From contig CAWIAD010000002.1 in the NCBI GenBank assembly GCA_963833985.1, positions 6,112,001 to 6,176,000 on the forward strand: DNA of 64,000 nt, written 5' to 3'. Of this stretch, positions 32,626 through 43,019 are shown piece after piece; the stretch's first letter is position 1; the number at the start of each line of letters is the position of its first letter. The notes beneath the pieces are model-generated. The model ran no database searches. It was not told where the DNA came from and was given only the letters and a program-made list of their open reading frames with translations. The translations under genes were made by a program, and so were the position numbers. The stretch comes from an uncultured Planctomycetaceae bacterium (lineage in GTDB: Bacteria; Planctomycetota; Planctomycetia; Isosphaerales; Isosphaeraceae).

Positions 32626-33614
32626 TTTCCGTTGTCGTTCCGGTGTTCAACGAGGAACAGAGCCTCGCCACGCTGCACGGCGAGCTGGATGCCGTCTTTC
32701 GCGCACCGGCCGAGGGGCCGGTCGAGTTCCTGTACGTCGATGATGGCAGCCGCGACGGATCATGGAACGTCCTCCGCGAGCTGGCCCGGCGTGATCCGCG
32801 GGTCCGTGCCATTCGCTTTCGCCGCAATTTTGGGAAGGCCGCCGCGCTTTCGGCGGGCTTCCGCGCGGCCCGCGGCGAGCGCATCTTCACCCTCGACGCG
32901 GACTTGCAGGACGATCCGGCCGAGATTCCCCGCTTCCTGTCCCGGCTTGATGAGGGGTACGACGTGGTCAGCGGCTGGAAGAAGACGCGCCACGATCCCT
33001 GGCACAAGGTGTATCCCAGCCGGGTCTTCAACTGGATGGTCAGCGCGCTTTCCGGCTGCCACCTGCACGACCACAACTGCGGGTTCAAAGTCTACCGGAG
33101 CGAGGTCGTCCATGAGGTGGAGATCTACGGCGAGCTGCACCGCTTCGTGCCGGTACTGGCGCACGCCCGGGGTTTCCGCGTGGCCGAGGTCGTGGTCCAG
33201 CATCGGCCGAGACGCCATGGGACCTCCAAGTATGGCTTTTCCCGGTTCCTGAAGGGTTTTCTCGATCTGCTCACCGTGCGCTTCCTCACCCGGTTTCGCG
33301 AGCGGCCCTTGCATCTGCTGGGCGGAACGGGGCTCGTGCTGCTGGGGTGCGGGCTGCTGGGGATGGGTTACCTGGCCGCGATCTGGGTACTGGGATACTG
33401 GGTTCCCGGTTACCGTCCCATCGGCGTCCGGCCCATGCTTTTCTACTCGATTGCCTTGCTGATCGTGGGCATGCAGCTCCTGAGCCTGGGCATCCTGGCC
33501 GAGCTGGTCACCGCTTACAGCATTCGCGGCGAAGACACGTACAGTATCGCAGAGACCACTCCGCCCCATTCCGACGCCAACGCGCCGGTCGGCGGCTCCT
33601 CACAAGCGCGTTGA
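32622..33614 (+). CDS. GT2 polyprenyl-phosphate glycosyltransferase (ArnC/GtrB-like)
   Basis: Motifs [30 protein letters not shown] and HDHNCGFK; two C-terminal TM helices. Confidence 0.93.
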   Translation: MISVVVPVFNEEQSLATLHGELDAVFRAPAEGPVEFLYVDDGSRDGSWNVLRELARRDPRVRAIRFRRNFGKAAALSAGFRAARGERIFTLDADLQDDPAEIPRFLSRLDEGYDVVSGWKKTRHDPWHKVYPSRVFNWMVSALSGCHLHDHNCGFKVYRSEVVHEVEIYGELHRFVPVLAHARGFRVAEVVVQHRPRRHGTSKYGFSRFLKGFLDLLTVRFLTRFRERPLHLLGGTGLVLLGCGLLGMGYLAAIWVLGYWVPGYRPIGVRPMLFYSIALLIVGMQLLSLGILAELVTAYSIRGEDTYSIAETTPPHSDANAPVGGSSQAR

Positions 33615-33699
33615 CAGAGCGCGTGATCGCTTCGATGCTAGAGTTCTGCGCCGCGATGGTCGGCCCCGCGCGAGCCTTCCTGTTGCCCCGAGCTTCTTC

Positions 33700-35397
33700 A
33701 TGATAGACCCGGAATCGGATCTCGAACCGCGCCGCCCCGAATCGCGGCGCTTTCTGGCACTGGTCGTGATCACCGCGGCCGTGGCGCTGACCCTGGGCGT
33801 GATGCTCCGGCAGCCCGCGATGATGGGCGCGAATGACATCTCGCGCTGGTGTACGGTCTGGAGCCTGCTGGAACGCGGGACGTACGTCATCGATGAATGC
33901 CCGTGGCTGACCGAGACCCAGGACAAGGTATCAGACGCCGTCAAGGGGCAGAGCGCCGGTGCGGAACCGGTGAAGCATTACTTCTCCAGCAAGCCCGCGC
34001 TCTTGCCCACGCTGATCGCGGCGTTACTCTACCCGGCCCGCAAGCTTTCGGGCATACCGCTCGACCGTGTGGTCCTGCAAGAGCGGGAAGAGCGGTGGGT
34101 CCAGAAGCCTGATCCCGATCATCCCGGCAAGCAGATCGGGGTCCTCGAAAAGCCGAAGGACGCCGTGAAGTGGTCGGCCCACGTCTTCTATTTCAAGGCC
34201 GTGCTGCTGCTGCTGAACATCGTGCCGTTCTGGGTGTTCCTGCTCCTGTACGCGAGGATCCTGGACCGATACGCCGGCAACGACTGGGCCTGGTGCTTCA
34301 GCCTGGTCGCCGGGGCGCTGGGAACCTACCTGCTTCCCTTCACGCAGACATTGAACAATCACACGATTGCCGCGTTCAGCGCGTTCTTCGCGCTGTACCA
34401 CTTCTTGCGAATCTGGGACGAAGGGCTGGTCTCGGCCTGGCGGTTCGCGTCGGTCGGGTTCTGGGCGGCGTTCACCGAGGTCAATGAGTTGCCGGCGCTG
34501 TCGTTTCTGGCGCTGGTGGCCGGGCTGTTGCTGTTTCGCTTCCCGAGGCGGACGTTGCTCTACTTCCTTCCCGCGGCCCTGATTCCCGTTGTGGCCTCGG
34601 TGGCCGCGCAGTATGCGGCGCTCGGTGAGTTTCGACTTGTGTATACCGAGTTCGGCACCGAGAGCTACCGCTGGGAAGGAAGCTTGTGGAAGTCACCCCT
34701 GGAGCTCGACGCGCTGAATGTTCCGTGGCTCGATCCGCAGGAGGCTGCGCGGCGCGGCATCACGCGCGAGCCGTACGGGCTTTATCTCTTTCACATGACG
34801 CTGGGGCACCACGGGTTCTGGTCGCTCTCGCCGATCTTCTTCTGCTCGCTGTGGGGAGTCTACCGGCTGCTGCGCGGAGGGGGCCGGTGGCTGGCGGTCC
34901 TTGCCTGGCTCACGCTGCTCGCGGGCATCGGACTGGTATGCTTTTATGAATACGACCCGGCGGCCTGGTCAAGCGGCGGAAGGCTGCGAGCGTACGTCTG
35001 GGTGTTCCTCTCGATTCCCGCCCTGGCGGTGCTGCTGGCCTTTCTGAGCTGGCTGCTGCTGCTGAGAAAAGGAGGCGAGCCGATGGCCGCGGCCGCCTGG
35101 ATGACGGCGCTGCTCACGACGGTGGTGCTGGCCTTTTACACCTGGAACCCGCTGGCGCGGAATTACGGGGGCTCGACGCAAGGCCTGCGCTGGGTTTTCT
35201 GGTTGATCCCGTTCTGGCTTCTGGCGCTCCCCAAGGGCGTGGAGCAAGGCCAGACCCGGCCGGTGGTCCGCTTTCTGAGCCTGGCGGCCCTGGCGCTTTC
35301 CGTGCTTTCCGCGGGCTATGCCCTGCGCAATCCGTGGACGCATCCCTGGATCCTGGATGCGCTCGAGCACGTGGGGCTGTACCAGCTTCCACGTTGA
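33700..35397 (+). CDS. Polytopic membrane protein, possible GT-C-type glycosyltransferase
   Basis: Many TM helices; ANDISRW, YFSSKP and NYGG...GLRW motifs; follows the GT2 gene. Confidence 0.65.
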   Translation: MIDPESDLEPRRPESRRFLALVVITAAVALTLGVMLRQPAMMGANDISRWCTVWSLLERGTYVIDECPWLTETQDKVSDAVKGQSAGAEPVKHYFSSKPALLPTLIAALLYPARKLSGIPLDRVVLQEREERWVQKPDPDHPGKQIGVLEKPKDAVKWSAHVFYFKAVLLLLNIVPFWVFLLLYARILDRYAGNDWAWCFSLVAGALGTYLLPFTQTLNNHTIAAFSAFFALYHFLRIWDEGLVSAWRFASVGFWAAFTEVNELPALSFLALVAGLLLFRFPRRTLLYFLPAALIPVVASVAAQYAALGEFRLVYTEFGTESYRWEGSLWKSPLELDALNVPWLDPQEAARRGITREPYGLYLFHMTLGHHGFWSLSPIFFCSLWGVYRLLRGGGRWLAVLAWLTLLAGIGLVCFYEYDPAAWSSGGRLRAYVWVFLSIPALAVLLAFLSWLLLLRKGGEPMAAAAWMTALLTTVVLAFYTWNPLARNYGGSTQGLRWVFWLIPFWLLALPKGVEQGQTRPVVRFLSLAALALSVLSAGYALRNPWTHPWILDALEHVGLYQLPR

Positions 35398-35528
35398 GCC
35401 GGCCATGCGGGGCCATGTGGCAGAAGCCGTCGGCGGCATGCACGGCGGGCTGGCAGGGTGAATACACGCTTCGATGAGGCAATCGGTCGCTTCGATGTAT
35501 CAGGTTTCATAAAGTATCTAGAACTACC

Positions 35529-35558
35529 TTGACTTGTGAGCGGCGATGGATCTAGTCT
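35529..35558 (+). promoter_or_regulatory. Candidate sigma70 promoter TTGACT-N18-TAGTCT
   Basis: Lies in an AT-rich intergenic stretch upstream of the PRTase gene. Confidence 0.3.
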
Positions 35559-35681
35559 GAAGGATATCGGGATGGAGCGGCCTCGGCATTTTCCCGTGCG
35601 GCGCCGCGTGTGAATCAGTGCTAAGAGGGCACCGTTCGGACGAATCCGGACCGGTAGCCCGGCCGAACCCAGGGTGGCGTC

Positions 35682-36395
35682 ATGAGCGTGTCGTTTGCGG
35701 ATCGGTACGAGGCAGGCCGGGTCCTGGCCGAAGACCTGCGCGAGTACGCGGGGCGCGGCGACGTGACCGTGCTGGGCTTGCCACGCGGCGGCGTGCCGGT
35801 GGCCTACGAACTGGCGCGGGCTCTGCAAGTACCGCTGGATATCTTCCTGGTACGGAAGCTCGGAGCACCCGGACAGGAAGAGCTGGCGATGGGGGCCATC
35901 GCCTCTGGTGGAGTGGTGGTGATCAACGACGAGGTGGTCGACGCGCTCAAGATCCCCTGGGAAGCGGTGGAAGCGGAGATCGCGCGGCAGCGTATGGAGC
36001 TGACCCGGCGCGAGCTGTTATATCGGGGCACCCGCCGCCGGCTCGACGTGTCGGGTCGCACGGTGATTCTGGTGGACGACGGCCTGGCGACCGGATCCAC
36101 GATGCGTGCCGCGGTGCAGGCGCTGCGGCGCAAGAACCCCGCCCGCATCATCGTGGCCGTGCCGACGGCGGCACCGAGCACGGCCAATGAGTTTCGGGCC
36201 ATCGCCGACGACTGCATCGCATCGATTACCCCCGAGCCGTTCCGCGCGGTCGGCCTCTGGTACGAGAATTTTGACCAGACGAGCGATGAAGAAGTCATCG
36301 ACCTCCTGGCCAGGCCTGCCGCGAACGCAGGCTCCGAGCCGCCGGGTCCGCTGGGGCTCGCTCCGCCGGTCAACTCCGATCCGGTGGCGCAATGA
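35682..36395 (+). CDS. Phosphoribosyltransferase family protein
   Basis: Motifs LGLPRGGVPVA and VILVDDGLATGST (PRPP-binding loop). Confidence 0.92.
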   Translation: MSVSFADRYEAGRVLAEDLREYAGRGDVTVLGLPRGGVPVAYELARALQVPLDIFLVRKLGAPGQEELAMGAIASGGVVVINDEVVDALKIPWEAVEAEIARQRMELTRRELLYRGTRRRLDVSGRTVILVDDGLATGSTMRAAVQALRRKNPARIIVAVPTAAPSTANEFRAIADDCIASITPEPFRAVGLWYENFDQTSDEEVIDLLARPAANAGSEPPGPLGLAPPVNSDPVAQ

Positions 36396-36510
36396 TCGCC
36401 GGAACCAAATCGCAATCGCCTCCTTGATGGGGGAGCATCAGCCAGGGGTTTGAGACTCTTCTCGAGCGATTCCCGGACCTTGCTACGAAATCTGCCAGGG
36501 AGACCGCTCC

Positions 36511-37179
36511 ATGAGTGCCAGCACGCAGCACGCGTTTCCGGAACGCAAGGTCGAGATCGCGGCCGGCCGGCGGACCGTGCGCGGCAGCCTGATCGTACCC
36601 ACGGGGGCATCGGGGGTCGTGGTCTTTGCCCATGGCAGCGGGAGCGGCCGTTTCAGCCCGCGCAACCAGTTCGTCGCCAGAATGCTCCAGCCGTCGAGGC
36701 TTGCCACGCTGCTGATCGACCTGCTCGAGGAAGATGAGGCCGAGGACCACTTGCTGGTGTTTGATATCGTGCTTCTGGCAGACCGACTTGAAGCCGCAGC
36801 GGAATGGCTGGCCGCGGAGGCGGAAACCCGGCAGATGCGGCTTGGTTACTTCGGCGCCAGTACCGGTGCGGCCGCAGCCTTGCTGGCTGCCAGCCGGCGG
36901 CCGGGCACGGTTGCCGCGATTGTCTCGAGGGGAGGGCGGCCCGACCTGGCGCGGGAGGCGCTTCCCCAGGTCACCGCGCCGACGCGGCTCATCGTCGGCG
37001 GCGATGACGACGTGGTGCTGCAACTGAACCGGGAGGCTTACGAGCTGCTGCGCTGTCCGAGGCTGCTCGACATTGTTCCCGGGGCCAGCCACCTGTTCTC
37101 CGAGCCGGGCGCCCTGGAAGAGGTCGCCCGGCTGGCGGAGGAGTGGTTCCTCCGCCACCTGGCTTCTGTTCCGGCATGA
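36511..37179 (+). CDS. Dienelactone-hydrolase-like alpha/beta hydrolase
   Basis: Motifs FAHGSGSGRFSPRN, GYFGASTG, SRGGRPDL and HLF. Confidence 0.9.
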   Translation: MSASTQHAFPERKVEIAAGRRTVRGSLIVPTGASGVVVFAHGSGSGRFSPRNQFVARMLQPSRLATLLIDLLEEDEAEDHLLVFDIVLLADRLEAAAEWLAAEAETRQMRLGYFGASTGAAAALLAASRRPGTVAAIVSRGGRPDLAREALPQVTAPTRLIVGGDDDVVLQLNREAYELLRCPRLLDIVPGASHLFSEPGALEEVARLAEEWFLRHLASVPA

Positions 37180-37231
37180 CGACGCCCGTGACGGCCGGTT
37201 CCGCCGGACCAGGGATCCGGAGGTAAGTCCC

Positions 37232-37756
37232 ATGATCCCCATCAAAACGATCCTGCACCCGACGGATTTTTCCAGGCCGTCGGAACATGCCCTGAAATTT
37301 GCAGGCGCACTGGCGCGTGACTACGAGGCACGCTTGCTGCTCCTGCATGTCGTCGAACCGCCCGTATATTATGGCGAGCTGGGCATGGCTGTCCCACTGC
37401 CCGCGGACTTTCACGAGAACTTGCAGCACCGACTGCACAAGCTGGCGGCGACGGAGCCGGCCGTGCGGGTGGAAACCATGCTCGTCGAGGGAAACGCCGG
37501 GCAGCAGATCCTGCACGTGGCGGAAGCACAGCAGTGCGACCTGATCGTGCTGGGGACGCACGGTCGGACGGGCCTGTCCCGCGTGCTGCTGGGCAGCGTG
37601 GCCGAGGACGTGATCCGGCACTCCCCGGTGCCCGTGCTCACGCTCAAGTCGCTGGCCCCGGTCCGTGGCGCGCGCCTGGATGACGCCAGGCCGGGCGCCG
37701 CGGCAGGCAAGGAGGCCCCTCAGCAAGCGGGCGGAAGCGTTCTGGTCAGCTCATGA
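37232..37756 (+). CDS. Universal stress protein
   Basis: GGAGG RBS; motifs ILHPTDFS and DLIVLGTHGRTG...LGSVAE. Confidence 0.93.
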   Translation: MIPIKTILHPTDFSRPSEHALKFAGALARDYEARLLLLHVVEPPVYYGELGMAVPLPADFHENLQHRLHKLAATEPAVRVETMLVEGNAGQQILHVAEAQQCDLIVLGTHGRTGLSRVLLGSVAEDVIRHSPVPVLTLKSLAPVRGARLDDARPGAAAGKEAPQQAGGSVLVSS

Positions 37757-37887
37757 GCCGCGTGCCGGTTATTGCGGCATGACGATGAACCACGAAGCCC
37801 CACGGGCAACTCGCTCGTACGAGCACACGGCCGAGGCTGCGCCCGAAGCCGCCCCAGGCAGGGACGACGCGGGTCCGGCCTTCGACC

Positions 37888-38511
37888 TCAGAGTGCCTTC
37901 AGCTCCAGGTCGTCGAACTCGGTCTGCGCGTCGGATTTCGACCAGAGGCCAGTCTTGCCTGAAGCTGAAAACGTTGTGTCGTGCAGTTCCAGAAGCATCA
38001 CGCCGTCCTTGAAGCAAACGATGTGATCGCCTCTCATGGTGACGCGCAGGCGGCACCATGGCCCCTGGAGCTTGGCCTCGGCGCTCTGGAGCAAGGTGCG
38101 CTTGCCGTTGACCACCGTGTAGACCCGGAAATTATTCTCCAGCGGGTTGAAGCGGGCGACATAGTAGTTGCCAGCGTCCCGCGCTCTCCAGATGAGTCCT
38201 CCGCCCTGGTCGTTCTGGCCCGCGATGGGACGCAGTTTGACAGAGAGATCAACGTCCTGAGTGTCGTGGTCGTTGATGAGCAGCACGTTGAAGACCTGGT
38301 CCGGGTTGCGGGCGACCTGCGTGAGCACCTTGCCACCGTCGTACTCGATGATCATCCACCGCCCGACGGCCGCGGCGAAACCCTGTGGAAGCGTGCCGGT
38401 CCGCTCGTTGTCGAAGTCCCAGGTGGTTCCGGCACCGGCTGTTGCGGCGAGCGCGAGGCATACGAGGGCAGGAGCCACGCAAGCCGTCCGGCACCGCATT
38501 TTTTCGTTCAT
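37888..38511 (-). CDS. Secreted beta-sandwich protein (DUF1080/ConA-like)
   Basis: Signal peptide; motifs GGGLIWRARDAGNYYVARFNPLENN and GKTGLWSKSDA. Confidence 0.7.
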   Translation of the reverse strand: MNEKMRCRTACVAPALVCLALAATAGAGTTWDFDNERTGTLPQGFAAAVGRWMIIEYDGGKVLTQVARNPDQVFNVLLINDHDTQDVDLSVKLRPIAGQNDQGGGLIWRARDAGNYYVARFNPLENNFRVYTVVNGKRTLLQSAEAKLQGPWCRLRVTMRGDHIVCFKDGVMLLELHDTTFSASGKTGLWSKSDAQTEFDDLELKAL

Positions 38512-39950
38512 GGGTAGATCACTCCGTTCGTGACCGTGGCTGCCAGTTCGGTGACGGAAGGCCGGCGCGCGATCGCTTCGGGTAAGGTGAGCGTGACCTG
38601 AGTTCCCGTTCCGGGCTGGCTGGTGACCTCGATCGTCCCCTGGTGGGCCTCGGCGATGGACTTGCAGATGGCAAGCCCCAGGCCGTCGCCGCCGGTGCGC
38701 CGGCTGCGGGCGGAGTCGACCCGGTAGAAGCGGTCAAAGATGCGCGGAAGATGCTCGGCCGCAATGCCGATGCCGCGGTCCGAGACGACGACCTTGACCT
38801 CTCCCTTCGGTTTCTCGAGCCGGATGCCAATGCGGCCGCCGGCCGGTGTGAATTTCAGCGCGTTGTCCAGCAAGTTGAGCAGCAGGCGGCGGATTTGCTC
38901 GGCGTTGCCCAGCACATAGCACGGCAGCGCTGCGTCCACGATGAGCTCCTGCTTCTGCTCGGACGCCACGACCCGGATGTCGTCCGCGACCTCGCGGACA
39001 ATCGCTTCCAGGTCAAGGACTGCTCCGTTTTGAGCGCCGAGACCTGCGTCTTCGCGGAAAAGAAAGAGCAGGACATCACTCAGTCGGGAGAGGTGGTCAA
39101 TCTCTTCGAGCATGTTTTCCAGGCAGTCGCGGTACTGTTCGGAATCTCTCGGGATGCGCAAGGCGACCTCGGCCTCGTTGCGGAGGATCGCCAGCGGGGT
39201 ACGCAACTCGTGCGCGGCATCGGCCGTGAACCGCCTCACTTCCTCGAACGAGCGCTCCAGCCTGGAGATCATGCCGTTGAGCGTGCGCGCCAGACGTCCC
39301 AGCTCGTCATCGTGGTTGGGTACTTCAAGGCGCCGGTCCAGCCGGGTGGCAGTGATCTCATCGGCCGCGGCCGCCATCTTTTCCACGGGCGCCAGCGCCT
39401 GGCGGGCCAGCACGTAGCCGCTACCGAGCGTGCATCCCAGCGCCAGCGGACCGAGCAGCAGCAAGATGGCCAGCAGTTCGCCCTGTTCCCTCTCGTTTTC
39501 TTTCAGCGACGTGGCCACCTGGAGCAGCAAGGGCGCTTTGCTGTCAGTTGTGAGCCGGCTGACCATGCGGAACCGGCCGGCGCCGGCTACCTGGAAATTG
39601 TCGAAGACGTCACGGCCCTTCACCGCCGGTCTCGAGGGCGGAGGGAGCGGGCGCTCGCGGATTCGTTCGCCACGCATCCAGACCCTGCCGCCCGCGTCGG
39701 TGACCTGGATATCAAAGATGGGATGCCGCGCGTACTGACGTTCCAGGCGGTCACGGATCGGCCAGCGGTCGCTGGACCGCATGATCTGGTCCTCGATCAC
39801 TCGGGCCTGGATCAGCAGGCTCTCGCTCGTCCGGTTCTGGAGCACCCGCTGCATCAGCAGGTAGACGCCGATGCTAAAAACGACGAGCACGCCGGCCAGC
39901 ACGCCGCTGAACCAGAGAGCCAGCCGCCAGCGAATACTCGCACCCCTCAT
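38508..39950 (-). CDS. Sensor histidine kinase (CusS/CzcS-like)
   Basis: Two TM helices, HAMP domain, H-box ADAAHELRTPL, N-box NLLDNALKF and G-box GLGL. Confidence 0.93.
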   Translation of the reverse strand: MRGASIRWRLALWFSGVLAGVLVVFSIGVYLLMQRVLQNRTSESLLIQARVIEDQIMRSSDRWPIRDRLERQYARHPIFDIQVTDAGGRVWMRGERIRERPLPPPSRPAVKGRDVFDNFQVAGAGRFRMVSRLTTDSKAPLLLQVATSLKENEREQGELLAILLLLGPLALGCTLGSGYVLARQALAPVEKMAAAADEITATRLDRRLEVPNHDDELGRLARTLNGMISRLERSFEEVRRFTADAAHELRTPLAILRNEAEVALRIPRDSEQYRDCLENMLEEIDHLSRLSDVLLFLFREDAGLGAQNGAVLDLEAIVREVADDIRVVASEQKQELIVDAALPCYVLGNAEQIRRLLLNLLDNALKFTPAGGRIGIRLEKPKGEVKVVVSDRGIGIAAEHLPRIFDRFYRVDSARSRRTGGDGLGLAICKSIAEAHQGTIEVTSQPGTGTQVTLTLPEAIARRPSVTELAATVTNGVIYP

Positions 39951-40624
39951 ACGCCGTCCCTCAACGCGTAGCCGACGCCGCGAACCGTATGAATCAGGGT
40001 CTTCTTCTCGGGCCGCTCAATCTTCTTGCGGAGAAGCGTGATGTAAACATCAATGGTGTTCGTCAGCGTACCCGTACCTTCTTTCCAGACTTCACGAGCA
40101 ATCATGTCGCGCGTGACCGCCGTGTTCTTGTTGCGCAGCAAGAACTCGAGCAGTTCGAACTCGCGCCGGGTGAGATCGATCTCCAGGCCGCCCCGCGTGA
40201 CCGAGCGGCTGATCAGGTTCATCTCCAGATCGTCGGCCTTCAAGCAGAGGTCGCGATTGACGATGTCGCGGCGCAGGAGAGCTCGAATCCGTGCCAGCAG
40301 TTCCGCGAAGGCGAATGGTTTGGCCAGGTAATCGTCGGCCCCGGAATCCAGCCCCTGCACGCGATCTTCCACCTGGTCACGCGCGGTCAGGATGAGGACC
40401 GGCTTGGTGAATCCGTCATTCCTCAGGCTGCGCAGCACGTCCAGCCCGTCGCGCTCGGGGAGCATCAAATCCAGCACGATCGCATCGATCGGCTTGCTCT
40501 TCGCCTGAAGATAGCCTTCCTCGCCAGTCAGAGCCGAGATCACATCGTAGCCCTCTTCAGAGAGACCGCGCTCCAGGCTCTGGAGCAGTTTCCGCTGGTC
40601 CTCAATGACGAGCAGGCGAGGCAT
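39947..40624 (-). CDS. OmpR-family response regulator
   Basis: Motifs LDLMLP, GADDYLAKPF and IHTVRGVGY. Confidence 0.95.
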   Translation of the reverse strand: MPRLLVIEDQRKLLQSLERGLSEEGYDVISALTGEEGYLQAKSKPIDAIVLDLMLPERDGLDVLRSLRNDGFTKPVLILTARDQVEDRVQGLDSGADDYLAKPFAFAELLARIRALLRRDIVNRDLCLKADDLEMNLISRSVTRGGLEIDLTRREFELLEFLLRNKNTAVTRDMIAREVWKEGTGTLTNTIDVYITLLRKKIERPEKKTLIHTVRGVGYALRDGV

Positions 40625-40878
40625 GGTGAACCTCCGTAAGCTGTACGGTGATCTTCGAGGGAGGAGTCCTGCGATTGCCTCAGGTTAACAGGTACAAACG
40701 CCCGGGTCATCTTCGGAATGGTAAAAAGTCTTTAATTTGACAGAGCCGTTGGACCACGGCTGGAAGCTCGGATCACTGGCTTTGAGTTGCCCGTCCGTCC
40801 GGCTACACTGGGGCCGCGGCGTGTCTCCGCGAAGGCTGTGGTCCGTTCGCTCCCGCTCTTGACGATAAGGGCATTCTC

Positions 40879-41637
40879 GTGCGGCTTCAAGAACTGAGCT
40901 GGCCCGCGATTGCGGCCGCTTCCGCGAACGTCCCGGTGGTGCTTCCCATTGCCGCTGTGGAGCAGCACGGCCGGCACCTGCCCGTATTGACCGACAGCCT
41001 GCTGCTGGAGGAGATCGTGCGCAGGGCGGCCGACGCGCTCGGCGACCGCATCATCTGGGCTCCGCTGCTCTGGCTGGGCAACTCGCATCACCATCTGGAC
41101 TTCGCCGGCACCCTCTCGGCCGCGCCGCGGACTTATCTGGACGTGCTGGGGGGGCTCATCGATAACGTCCTGACGCATGGTTTCCGACGCGTCGTCTTGC
41201 TCAACGGCCACGGCGGCAACATCGTACCGGCGAGCCAGGCGGTCTTCGAGGCACGCCAGCGCTATCGCCAGCGCGCGGACCTCCTGTTCCTCTCGGCCAC
41301 CTACTGGCTGCTGGGCGCAGGACCGCACGGTCCAGAGGCCGGGTTCGCGCAGGACCGCATGGGCCATGCCTGTGAGTGGGAAACCTCCATGATCCTCCAG
41401 CTCGCTCCGCACCTGGTCGGCGACCTGGAGGCGATCGAGCCGGTCCCGTTCGGCAATCCCTTCGAGCCCGCGACCCGCGGCTGGATCACACGGGAACGCA
41501 GCGCCCCGGGCCATATTGGCGACCCTCGCCAGGCGACGGCCGCCAAGGGTGAGACCCTGTTTCGCCGCTTCGCGGACGACGTTGTGGCCTTCCTGGAGCG
41601 CGTGCTCGCCTGGGATGGACGGTCGTGGGATGGTTGA
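40879..41637 (+). CDS. Creatininase family amidohydrolase
   Basis: Motifs EQHGRHLP..TD, LNGHGGN and HACEWETS. Confidence 0.92.
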   Translation: MRLQELSWPAIAAASANVPVVLPIAAVEQHGRHLPVLTDSLLLEEIVRRAADALGDRIIWAPLLWLGNSHHHLDFAGTLSAAPRTYLDVLGGLIDNVLTHGFRRVVLLNGHGGNIVPASQAVFEARQRYRQRADLLFLSATYWLLGAGPHGPEAGFAQDRMGHACEWETSMILQLAPHLVGDLEAIEPVPFGNPFEPATRGWITRERSAPGHIGDPRQATAAKGETLFRRFADDVVAFLERVLAWDGRSWDG

Positions 41638-42943
41638 CATGAGCCCGCCATCAAGGCCACAGCAAAGCCCGGACGCCCAGGACGACGGCCGGACCTCGCC
41701 CCGCGTCTGGGTCATCTGCGGACTGATGCTGCTGGCGACCATGCTGAATTACATGGACCGGCAGACGCTGGCACAGCAGGCCACCGAGATCCGCGGCGCA
41801 CTGGGGCTGAGCAACGAGAACTATGGCTGGCTGGAGACAGGTTTCGGGCTGGCATTTGCCTTCGGCAGCCTGGTCACCGGGGCCATGGCCGACCGGGTCA
41901 GCCTGCGCTGGCTTTATCCAGCAATCCTGCTGGGCTGGTCGGCGGTCGGGTTCCTGACCGGCTGGGTGGAAAGTTACTTTCAGCTTCTGCTTTGCCGTGT
42001 CCTCCTGGGCTTCTTTGAGGCCGGGCAGTGGCCCTGTGCGCTGGCGGCCGCACAACGCCTGCTGCCCCGTGACCGGCGGCCTCTGGGCAATAGCATTCTC
42101 CAGAGCGGTGCATCGCTGGGTGCCATCATCACGCCGCCCCTGGTGCTTCTGCTGAACCACGGCGGCCCGGGCGCCTGGCGTCTTCCCTTCCAGGTCGTGG
42201 GGGCGGCAGGCTTGGCCTGGATCGTCCTCTGGCTTCTGGTCATTCGCCCCCGCGATCTGGAGATCGCCGGCGAGCCTGAGCCTGCCGGGCCAGGCCGCAC
42301 GGAACTGCCGGCCCAGGCCGCGCCCAGCGAGCGCATTCCCGTCGCACGGTTCCTTGCCCTGGTGGTCGTGGTCATCACCATCAACCTCTGCTGGCAGTAC
42401 TTCCGCGCCTGGATGCCGATGATGCTGGAGACGCAATACGGCTACAGCAAGACCCGGACGCAGAGCTTCAGCTCGCTGTACTACCTGGCCGCGGGCATTG
42501 GCTGCCTGCTGGCGGGCCTGGCCGTCAAGTGGTTGACAGGCAATGGCTGGCCGGTGCACCGGGCGCGAATGGCCGCATTCGCGTTCTGTGTGCTGCTGAC
42601 CGCCTCCAGTACGCTCATGGTGCTGCTGCCGTCTTCCTGGGGGCTTCTGGTGATCTTGCTGCTTGTGGGCTTTGGTTCGCTCGGGCAATTCCCGCCGTAC
42701 TACGCCTTCACGCAAGAGCTGTCGGTGCGGCAGATGGGCAATATCACCGGCCTGCTCAGCTTCATGACCTGGACGTCCACTGCGCTGGTGCAGGGGCTGA
42801 TAGGCCGCTGGATCGACCGCACCGGCTCCTACGCCGCGGTGACCTGCCTGGCCGGCCTGGTGCCGATGCTGGGATTGCTGGCCTTGCTGATCCTGTGGAA
42901 TCAGGGTCGAAAACCACAGAGAGTGTCAGGAACAGGGTGTTGA
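41630..42943 (+). CDS. MFS transporter
   Basis: Motifs LNYMDRQ and LLGFFEAG; about 12 TM helices. Confidence 0.9.
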   Translation: MVDMSPPSRPQQSPDAQDDGRTSPRVWVICGLMLLATMLNYMDRQTLAQQATEIRGALGLSNENYGWLETGFGLAFAFGSLVTGAMADRVSLRWLYPAILLGWSAVGFLTGWVESYFQLLLCRVLLGFFEAGQWPCALAAAQRLLPRDRRPLGNSILQSGASLGAIITPPLVLLLNHGGPGAWRLPFQVVGAAGLAWIVLWLLVIRPRDLEIAGEPEPAGPGRTELPAQAAPSERIPVARFLALVVVVITINLCWQYFRAWMPMMLETQYGYSKTRTQSFSSLYYLAAGIGCLLAGLAVKWLTGNGWPVHRARMAAFAFCVLLTASSTLMVLLPSSWGLLVILLLVGFGSLGQFPPYYAFTQELSVRQMGNITGLLSFMTWTSTALVQGLIGRWIDRTGSYAAVTCLAGLVPMLGLLALLILWNQGRKPQRVSGTGC

Positions 42944-43019
42944 GCCGGATCTCCAGGAGCATCCTCGGAGTGTGAACAGCTCATCGTGTGGCACGCCACC
43001 AGGACCGTTCGACTCACGT

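Noticed and set aside
40719..40737. Possible response-regulator box GGTAAAAAGTCTTTAAT
   Set aside because: The symmetry is weak and it occurs once, so it cannot be supported without comparative data.
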